Assembly: GCA_037379345.1 (NCBI GenBank)
Contig: CM074517.1
Location: forward strand, 27,156,001 to 27,220,000
Origin: Perna viridis
Taxonomy: Eukaryota
Length of the DNA: 64,000 nucleotides
Direction of reading: 5' to 3'
In this document: in pieces, positions 12,838 through 23,300 of the stretch
Numbering within the stretch: the first letter of the stretch is position 1
Layout: each line of letters begins with the position of its first letter
Program-made: the position numbers and the translations under genes
Notes under the pieces: generated by a model
What the model was told of the DNA's origin: nothing
The model's input: only the letters and a program-made list of their open reading frames with translations
Databases searched by the model: none

Positions 12838-14245
12838 CTACTTTGCAACGCATGTCACGGACTACGAGTGGCAGTATAACCTCTCTTTGCATTCGACATT
12901 TCGAACTCTACCTGGCATCATTGAAAGAGAACAGTCTTCACCTTCATCTAATAGCGGAGTTATTAGTCCACATACTTCTATAACTTTGTATATTAAGATT
13001 ATCCTTTATAAGGTCTTTTTTAAACTTTTCAAAAAAAAATTGAACTTAGATTTATTCGAGTCTAACATGTATATGTGGATGTTTTATTTTTTACTTTTTA
13101 CCTTTCAGAAATCAAGTGTGTATTACCGTTTTGCTTACGTTGGATATACAGGTTTTTTTTTAAATTTTCATACCTATAAAATTATACTCGAGAAATAAAA
13201 CATATAAAATGAATACATTAAAAGTGGTCTACGGTGTTAATTTTTATAGGAACTGCCCCCCCCCCCCGGGCACTTGAGCTGTAGCTTACACTATAGTCAT
13301 TTCCGTGTTAGATAGGAGGTAGTCGATGGACGTGCTTGATAAACAATTTCGTGAAGAAAATAGTTTTGTTCTATCAGGCGTGTAGCTGCCGTTAGGCAAA
13401 AAAGCTTTTGCCTGCACTTAATTTTGCCATTTTTTTTTCTTTGAGATAAAATACATCCAGGAGAGGCATAAATGATGCTCTAAAACTCTATCTCCGCTGA
13501 GCTTCGGGGGGGGGGGGCTTCGCCCACCTGGACCCCCTTAAGCGGCCCCCAGACCCCCTGCCGTAATTTTGATTACACTCCAATTTAGCATCAGCTACGT
13601 GCCTGTCTATTGTAAACCCTACCTCGCGGGAGGAAAAGTCATGCATGCTCGCCGCACACAAGTAATATGAAAAAGTCAAAGAAACCCGTTCATCTATATC
13701 TGTCCGTCCGTCCGTCCGTCCCCAGTTCAAATCAACTCGTTTGTAACACCTTTGCGCACAGTTTTTTTTTGACTTTTTGTGTTTCATCGATATATTTTGA
13801 AGTTCATGCTTCCGATCTTTACGTTTTCAATTCTGGAATCATATTTATATATTTTTTTTTCTACATGTACTACAACGTACCGTGACGAGTTTAATGTTTT
13901 GTGCCCGGTGCTACAAAAGTTCTTATGTGCTTAATATAGTTACATTAGTCAATAAGTTTTGTTTCTTTCTTTGTGTCTTTTTTTTAAGTGTGTATTTTCT
14001 GTTACAGAATATAATATGAATAATTATTCAATACGTTATTAATGTAACATGTTCTACTTGCCTACGAGATTAACGCAAATATCACAGCATCCACACACAC
14101 CACCGTTCTTTACAAATCTCCCTTCACACGTAGATTCAAACACAGGCTCACAATGGTAGTTATAGCATATGCCAGGCCAGCAAAAGATCATAGCATCGCA
14201 TGAGCACAAAAGCGCTGTAACCACCAACATAAATACGAGCTTCAT
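12838..14245 (-). CDS. Small secreted 12-Cys IGFBP-fold protein (AmFPI-1 fungal protease inhibitor / single IGF-binding-domain-like), copy B; in-frame TAG at 12862-12864
   Basis: Exon 1 is 14245-14062 (signal peptide MKLVFMLVVTALLCSCDA + MIFCWPGICYNYHCEPVFESTCEGRFVKNGGVCGCCDICVNLV) with GC donor AG|GCAAGT. Exon 2 is 12947-12838, phase 1 (DEGEDCSLSMMPGRVRNVECKERLYCHS*SVTCVAK*). CGCCxxC motif; 12 Cys in the mature region if the TAG is ignored. Confidence 0.8.
13375..13605. mobile_element. GC-rich MITE with 5-bp TSD (hAT5-like)
   Basis: TCTAT|CAGGCGTGTAGCTG ... CAGCTACGTGCCTG|TCTAT. Confidence 0.75.
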
Positions 14246-14322
14246 ATTTCTTCTTTTTAAATCTTTGATTTAACTGTGTGAAAAGTTTGTTTATTTATAA
14301 CCGATCGCGTAAATGAAAATAA

Positions 14323-14330
14323 TTTATATA
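14323..14330 (-). promoter_or_regulatory. Candidate TATA box of the 12-Cys gene
   Basis: TATATAAA on the minus strand ~80 nt upstream of the ATG. A similar TATATAAC lies at the matching position in copy A. Confidence 0.35.
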
Positions 14331-14845
14331 CTCGTAAAATGTCATATACTATATATATAATTTCATAAAATCATGCTACTTCATTCAGTTGTGAAGCTGG
14401 AAATAACTGAACAACCTTTCAACACTTATTTTCAAAATATCAAGCACTTATCTACATGTACTTCATGTGTTTTCCAAAATATAGTGAATGCGTGCATTGT
14501 GTCAAATAAGACTAAAAAGATACATATGACACCGGTTTTAATGTATGACATCACTTAAAATCTTATTTATGTAATTAAATGAGAGATTTTCGAACACATC
14601 AAGTATTTTAATGTCGTCATTGAAATTGTTCTGTCTCTCTGTTCAACGACATTGTTACCCTATACAGCGTAAATGTTGAACAAGAGGGAATCGTGCATAG
14701 AGCTACTTTAACAATCCTGCAATGAACAAAGCACACAAGCCACCTGCTGACATCTTTAGAACATGCTAGTTATTACTGTACGGTTTGTCAGAGTTCCTGG
14801 CTTACATATTCCGAAGTGTCAATTAATTACATTCCTTGAGACGTT

Positions 14846-15315
14846 TAGGTTTCCCACACGCACGATACCTAAACGCACGCTAAACGCTCACTAAATGCAC
14901 GATGAAAGGAAAACCCAAAGTGCGTTTAAACGCACGATAAACGAACGCTCCCTGTGTGTTTTTAAAAGCACGATAAACGAACGCTCCTTGCGTGCGTTTA
15001 AATGCACGATAGATGAACGATGAAAAATAATGATATTTACAAATAATGACGAAAGAAAAAAATAGAAAATAGAATAAATGAAAATATGTAAATTAATAAA
15101 AGCAAAAAATATAAAAAAATAATAGTTGAATCAAAGAAATAATCAAAGTACAAAAATAAACGCCTCTATCGTGCGTTTAAACGAACGCTTCTATCGTGTG
15201 GTTAAACGAACGCTCCTAGCGTGCGTTTAAACGAATGCTTCTATCGTGCGTTTATCGTACGTTTAAACGAACGCAAACCGATAAACGATGCACGAACGCT
15301 AAAATGGGAAACGTG
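14846..15315. mobile_element. Foldback-type non-autonomous element with inverted arrays of subterminal repeats
   Basis: GTTTCCCA ... TGGGAAAC termini. The left arm repeats AAACGCACGATAAACGAACG and the right arm repeats CTATCGTGCGTTTAAACGAACG around an A-rich spacer. ACGTTTA occurs at both junctions; the paralogous site (~6575-6590) is empty. Confidence 0.7.
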
Positions 15316-15419
15316 AACGTTTATATGTGCATGGTCATCCTGATTAAATCTGTGATATGGTAGCTGTGTGGAAATCAAATGATAAGTCTTACATTCTGTA
15401 TTGTGACGAATCACAATTT

Positions 15420-16000
15420 ATGGCTAGATTAAATAAAGATCCTTCCAAACGACATTCGGTAGAAAAAAAAATGTAACACCGTCAGATATTTGGACGATAT
15501 TTTATTAACAACGACGACTTCAATATTTATTTTAAAGAAATTATATAACCTGCGCAAAACTTCCTTTGAATGAACCAATATTGATTATAAAGAATGTCCG
15601 TTTCTTGATTTTGTAGTATATATAAATAATGGTAAAGTTAATATTAAAATTTACGATAAAATGGGTGATTTATCAGAAATAACAGAAATATTACTACATG
15701 TCAAAAGCCTGTAAAAACATCCAATTTTTTTTTCTACCGATACAAGGAACTCAAATATAGATGAAACGATTAATAGGTGCAGATTTCTCCGACCCAATAT
15801 TTTTATGGTAACATTCTTCATAAAGTTCTCACACAATAAGTTGATAAAACCGTTGAATAGACTAATTCGTAAGGGATATAGACTAAGTGATGATATTATT
15901 GTCAAATCATTAAATGTAGCATTTTTCGTTTTAACATTGATTTGCCCATAGGATCTTTACATCGAAACTAACACACTCTATTTAAAAGGTGTTTTCGGAA
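15420..16000 (+). mobile_element. Degenerate Penelope-like RT fragment
   Basis: RYLDDI (AGATATTTGGACGATATT, ~15484) ... PFLD ... KIYDK; homologous to 9530-9810. Confidence 0.7.
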
Positions 16001-17138
16001 CGACACGGGTTGTGTCCTTACATACCCTTTTGCGGTAAGTTAATGAGTATGCTCAGTATACACTTCCGCGAGGTACTGCTTAAATAAAGGATTATTACCT
16101 CGGAAGTGTATATTGAGCATGTTTTACGCATAATCATCGACTTTCCCACAATTAGCACAAAAGAGTCTATTGTATAACTTATGCTGTACCGTTTTTTCTC
16201 ATTCCGGCATTGAAAAAATCGGGATGGATTTTACTGACGTTGGATGTTTATCTCTCTATATATATATAATGGTTGTTTATGGCAAAAAACAGACTTGGAC
16301 TCAATACTAATTGGTTCAATTAGGTATTTGCTTAAATATGACAGAAAAAAAACTAGTTATGTTTGACTCGACCACATCAAATGTATACCAAAATATTTTT
16401 CAAAGCAAGATGAAGAGTAACTCACTTACTGGGGAGGAAATTCTCAAAATATGTAGATAGAAATGTAATAAAACAATTAAGGCAACACAGTGCACGCGTT
16501 ATCCTGCTTTATGGAACTATCGGCTTCGGCCGTTGGCCTTGGACAATGTATTTATTAAGTTCCATAATACATGGTAGCTGCCAAAATTATATAATATGTT
16601 TCATAATCTTCGTTCTTGATTATAACCTGAAAAGCCAATACAAAAAATTTTCATGTCATGTCGTTTTTGAGTTTTAATCACCATGGCTTACAGGAAATAC
16701 ATCCTTTGTATTATTGTAGTTTATATTTGAAGAGAGTTAATTGAAATCTATTTACCAACTGATATCATCCATTGTTAGAATCAATGATAATTGTTTGTTC
16801 ATTCAATACATAACTTTAGTGTCCATAAAGTTCGGTTTTACCATCCTTTCAAATTACTCTATTTGATTAGTAGGAGTTAAATGTTTTAGAATTTTGTTTC
16901 AGGTGAGTAATAAGCCTCCATTATTTTTATTCCAGTGTTCTCAGTTCATTTATTTCTATACCTACATGTACCGTTTTCATTTTCTCTACTTTGTACATAT
17001 GTCTTATCTTAGTTTAAAGCCTCAATTCTTTGGAAACTTACTTTAAATAGATTTGAAAAAAAAAGTATCAAAGATGTCATGCATTAAAATGACTTTTCAT
17101 TTAAATCAATACCATGGTATGTCGATTTCCATGACAAG

Positions 17139-17284
17139 CAGTGGATCTAGAGGTTTAAAATAGAGGACCAGATTAATCTGCTTATTTTCCCCATATTTCG
17201 CACTATATCAACAAAATATTCTAACAAAGGGGTTCCGACCCCTCCTCCCCCCCCCCGAACATTCTATCCAGATCCGAGACACTG
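17139..17284. mobile_element. GC-rich MITE with 5-bp TSD
   Basis: ACAAG|CAGTGGATCTAG ... CCAGATCCGAGACACTG|ACAAG. Confidence 0.65.
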
Positions 17285-20200
17285 ACAAGATATGTCCATA
17301 TCTCTTGTCATATAGCTTTCATCTATAGAATGTACCCACTGTTCTCTGCAGACCTGATATGCCCTTCCTAATATACAATATACCACATTCCTCTAGTATG
17401 TTGTTTGGGGAACTGCTCATTTTGTATAAAGATGTGGGGTTTGTAATGAGCATAATGGGGTGTCAAAGCTTTTAAAATAGCCAAAATATCTCTAGACAAG
17501 AGATCGATGTATACCACAATATATGAAGTCATGATACCATGATAAGGCTGATATGGACCTAGCTGTTTTCATGCGACGCGTGGTGTATTTAGATACCATA
17601 TAGTGTATTTTCGGAGATGCTTGAACTTGTTCTGGTGTTGGACATTCGACTACTGAAACAATCTAACCTTTTTTTTTCAGTTCATCAGTTTCACAGAAGT
17701 TCCTTTACTTGTTGTTTCTTTTCTTTTAACTTGTCTACGCACTTTTACGTAAACACGTGTGACGTGATATGTGCAGATGTTTGATCATAATTTGAGCAGC
17801 TTTTGTTATGGTTTGAATTGATTTTCGGTTAAGCGATCAATGGCTCGGCATTGATTCCAATTTAACTCTGAAATGACAAAAGTCACACCATCCGGCTGCC
17901 AAACCCACAGGGAATAGACGTTGTAGTTTAGAAATAAATGGTATCAATACCGAAAGTTAATCCATTAGAAATTAGATTGTAAGCAAAATATTCTTTACAT
18001 TCGAAGTAGCATTCTTGTCAGATATTCGAACTCTCCTAGGTTTTTTTTTCCATTTCAATGCATTAATGTAGTTTTTTTTTGTTTTTGTTTTTGTTTTTGT
18101 TGGTTTTTTTGCCAGTGACCCCCATTTTCGTTTTCATAATTGCATTTAACACACTTAAATATTATTTCAGAAGTTTTGGTAAACCTACTGAGCCAAAACG
18201 TATGGAAAATCAAGGGAAATCCTTCTCCCGCCAAAATTTCAAATGCTTTTATCTAAAAAAAAAGGGGGGGAAACTGACCCATAATTTTTTTTTTCACTTA
18301 CACTGTTTTAGCATGAAATATCTTTAAAACAAGCTTTCACAAGCCATTTGAAATCCTTGTTATTTTCAAACAGAGCAGCGAACATCCTTAACTTCGTCAC
18401 AATAGAGTCCTGTAACACAGTACTCAGATCATTTTTGTTTAGCTGTGTGCATCTTTATTTTTGGCTTACTTTAAGAATGAGAAAATATAAAGTGTCTGAT
18501 AGGAACATGCAGATCTTTGAAACATTCGAACGTTTGTATTCAGTATTTTACATCAATCTCATGTAAGCATCAATGTTACTTGGATGATTTCATTCTGTTT
18601 CAAGGCTTTGGTAAAATTGAATATGTTACAAACACATCACTGATTTCAAGAGTTATGTCCTTTACCCCAGGTCTACCTCCTTAAAACCATGGGTAGAAGA
18701 GTGTGGTAATAAATCACACCAATAGACATGTTATCTCACAATGATAGGAAACGATTACAATACAAAACAAAAACAGTAATCCAGCTGTTGTTATAACAAT
18801 TACTTGTCTTTGATATATTGACTAAATCTTCTGGTTCTTTGGACCTAGTTCTAATATGACGTGCTTCAAAGCTCTTTAGACCACAGCCATGGCAAAAAAG
18901 TGATAAACACATGACCAATATTTCGTGCAACACATAGGCTGTGCTTATTCAAAAACATAAAGAAACTTATCATATTATAATCGAAATAAATCATGGATAT
19001 TTCATTTTATCATTATTTTACCACGGAGTGTCCATTTATGGTTATTTAACTCCTCGCTCTTGGTAACACAATGCAACATAAATGGCCCGTGGTAAAACAA
19101 TGATAACATGGCGTTTTCATAATTCATTTCTTTAATAGACGACAATTTTATTCTGAAGGATCTGATTGTTTTTGTAAATAAATATCTTGGTCATGAAAAA
19201 ATTGGAAATGAATATACTGACCACTACGACTTAGAAGATAATAATAAAAAACACATTCATATTTCTAGCCTACATAATCTGCTGTACTGTATAATGAAAA
19301 TAAATAATCTAGTTCGTATATAGCATTTGAAAATACATTTTCTGATTCGTATATTTTTTAAAAAATATTCTGTCCCAATATAACCAAAACTGTCAGCCCC
19401 ACACTCTCCAGAATCAAATGGTCGTCACCTTAAAATTTATAAACTCAATCAACGTTACGAATGGTAATTGTGAAAGTACTAGTTTTGAAGAAGATAGATA
19501 ATGCATTTATCAAAACGTTAAGAACAAATTTACTATATTGACAGCCTTTTGTAATATTTTTTATTTTTTCTAATTGATTTCGAAATGTTGCCTCAAATGT
19601 TATTAATTTATATCATATCAATGTCTTCATACATGTTTGTCGAATGGCTACATGCTCATCACACGAATACTACACATGAACTGCTCTTCAATCCGTTTTT
19701 AAAGGTTGGTGTCTGTAAGAATCTAGCAGTGGATGAAATATGCTATGAAAAAAAAAACATTTTGAAAGTTTAATTTGACAATTTGCACCATCATAATCGA
19801 GGAAAAAATGAAAGATTTCCATATCATTTGATAAACTGAGATCTAATTTAATTGAAATGCACTGAAAATTAACATTTCAGAGCAGATAGCTGTGTCAGAA
19901 ACTTCATTTTTCTAACATTCTATTTAAAAAATTCTTAGCAAATCATGCAGTGATGCTGAGATCAAAAGATGTTCTTTTCAAATAGAGAAAGCATCCTTGA
20001 ATGAAATAATAATTTCAGATCGGTGGATTTTTCACATGCATGTTTCTGATTTTTGTTTCCATTTTGCACGATTCTTACAAATACTTACACTTAAGACTGT
20101 CATTTCCCAAATTAACGTATTGATCGATCATCTAGGCAGAAAGCAAGCTGTTAACGACCTCCCTTCAGCCATAACAGGATTCTGAACACGATATAATTTA

Positions 20201-20303
20201 TTTACCTTTCAATATATTCATAGGATGTAAATAAACAACGTTATTTATACAGACAGGGGTAACTGTGTAATTAGGTTGGCGAAGAGATAATTAACAGAGG
20301 AAA

Positions 20304-23300
20304 ATGGATGGTAATAAAGGTAGGAGCGATTGTTTTTTTGTTTCTTTTCATTATTTAGAGTATCTTTTGCTAGGTATAAGATCGAAATGTTCAATTGATT
20401 TTCCTGCATATCTGATTGCTTTTATTTGTAAGGAAGAAAATATAGGTCATCTCGATATTTCAGTTCTAAGAATTGCTTTTCCGGTACAATTGTACATACA
20501 CTGACGGTTTTTTTCACCATGGCGGAAAAAAACTTGTCAAAATAAAAATATTTGCCTTAGCAGATAGTTTCTCTTGTCACCAAAATTATCCAATAAATAA
20601 ATATGGCGTGCATGAAATGAAATAATCATGAGTTTTTGCATTTTAAAAGTATACTATTTATTCTTATATATATACAATATTTCGGGTCCAGAAAATTGAA
20701 GCGTTAAGATTTCTAAACTTAAAGTGCTAGACAGATAAATATCAAACTTAATGCTATTTATCTATTTTTAAAAATGCGTAGAAAACAATCACAGCGCTCT
20801 TGAAGCTAAAACGTTTGACAAACTGTGATGACATTAGCTGTGATGACATTAGAAAATAAAAATCATCACATTATTAAGCACTGAATTATTTAAAATAACA
20901 ACGGTTTCCACGACATACATGTAGTTCGAAAGACATAATTACTGAACTTGTTATGGTCTTTTGTTGTATTCAAATTATAGATCATTACTAGAATATGTTT
21001 TCAAAGAGATATCATTGATTATATCCGAATTCATTTATTTGAGCTATTATAAACATTTTCATCTGTTTACAAAGCTTTTATCTTGATGAACATACTCAAC
21101 GTTTTTTAATCTACTAATGTCTGTGGAACTGTATGCACTGATTACGGGTCGGAAACTCTTTTTTTTCTGAAAGCAAACCTACTCATTTCATTTCAAACTA
21201 TAATTAACGTCCTTTAAAAATATTCCTTCGGTTTAGCATGGAATAACCGATGAAATTGTTCGGGGTTATAGTTTATTATCACCGTTTTTCCGTCTTCCTT
21301 ATAGGCAATTCTAAATTATTTATTTATCCCTCGGTAATTTTAAAATGATTCCATTATTGCATGCACCACCCATGCTAAGATAAAGCTACAAATAAGCAAT
21401 TGAAACAAGGTTAAGTTGCATCTAGACTGTAGTCATCATGTACAAAATTTTATGTTACACATTATGAACTCATGAACTTGATCATTGTGGTGTGGCCATC
21501 TCCACCATGAAAGCAGACGTAGTTTCTCTCGTATGTTTTTTAAAACCCGGATTGACTTCATACATGTATGAAAAACACACTGGGTGTTTTAGAAGGGCAG
21601 AAGACGGATCCTTATCCCATGATGTCACCTGGTCCATACTTTCAGTTTTAAAATGGAGCCAGGGTTGCTCATTTGTTTTTTTTTTTTTTATTTTCTGCAT
21701 GACTGTATTCTTTTAGTTAGTTTGTGTTATTAATTGTATTTTGTCTGTTTTGTTGGTCTAGTATTTGTCCGTGGAGCATAAGCTTCTTTTTAATTTAAAT
21801 TATGGACTACTTGCATTCAATTTCATAATGTTGCATTTTGAGGACGAAGTGAATATTCACTTCTTAGAACGCTTACTATTAAAAACTGTGTTACCATATG
21901 TAAATAAAAACAGTGTCGATCTAGTTATTTATCCTATAGGATACTAACAGATCCAAATTGAATTAACCATTTATATAATAATGAATTTAGTTCTTGGAAA
22001 TTCGTCGAAAACAGGGATGCAACAATATAAAATATACGGTAAAATATTCTATAAAAGGTCACTTCCGTACATGTAACATACTTGTTGTACTATAAAATAA
22101 AACCGCGAACTTCTTTTACGCATACGATCATACGTATACGTCCGTCTGAAAGTACGCATAGCAATTAGTACGCAATGGAAATGAAATTGGAGTTACCTCA
22201 ATATAGACCGAGCTCACTGTTGGTTAATATTGATCAGTCTTTGTAAGAATCATTGTGAAACTTTCTAACATTCTATTGAAAAATGCCCCAATCTGATAGG
22301 TAGAGACAGAAATTGATCTATATGGTTTATATTAGAACAGGGATAATAAGAAAAAAAAACAAGGAGGACGAGGAACATTATTTTCATAACACGGGGACAC
22401 AACAGGCAGAACATAATAAATAATACAAAGTACGACAATACACACAGAATCTGAAGAATAAATGAGTCCCCTGGACTATATACTGGGAGTATGGGTCAGG
22501 TGCACCGTTGTGTTTAACGTAAATGTACCACTGTAGTGATTCAGTGTGTATGTATTTAACATGGAGGTTACAGTTTTTATCAGTTTTCCATGTTTCGTGA
22601 AGTCGTTTCTTTGACAAAATCGTATACATATCGTATTTCTTTGCTATTAATGAATATTATAGACGTATATTTCTTAGTAGGTCATTCCGACCATGGCGGA
22701 CCTACGGACGTTGGACCCGGATGCTGCGACTGTATCCTAATGGGACTTTCTTACATATTAGTAGTTGTGTTTTTTCCGTTTTCGTTGATTATGTGCATTA
22801 AGGTAAAGTAACTCCTTTCAGTCACAATTTAGATAAAGAAAAAGAATGAACTTCACTAGAACGAGTGATTTAAGAGGTGTAACGTGCCTGTATGTTCGTT
22901 ATTAATTTGTGTCTTGAAGCTGAATAAAATGGCAATTACGAACGCAGAATTATTTTAATAATACATTCTATAAAACAGATAAATTGGATTTATAAACAAG
23001 CCAATGAATAACTTATTCATAGAATAACTGCTCAATGTACCAATAATTTGCACTTTCTAGAAAGTACTGTGCTAACCAAAATAAAAAAAAACGCGAATAT
23101 AATAAAGTATGTGCTATTATTACTAAAAAGGGTAGTAAAGGTTGGTTTACTCAGGCTCATTGTTGAAAACCTGATAGAGGAATCGGTCAATAAGACAAGT
23201 ATAAGATCTCCCTAAGATTAATGAGATACAAACTCATTCCCTTACGGCACCACAAGCCTCGTCTCCGAAGTCCAGCACGTTGATCATGACGCAACTGGTC

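Noticed and set aside
14850-15300. CRISPR-like appearance of the repeated units (also 36440-36675)
   Set aside because: Eukaryotic context, degenerate contiguous repeats without unique spacers, no cas genes.
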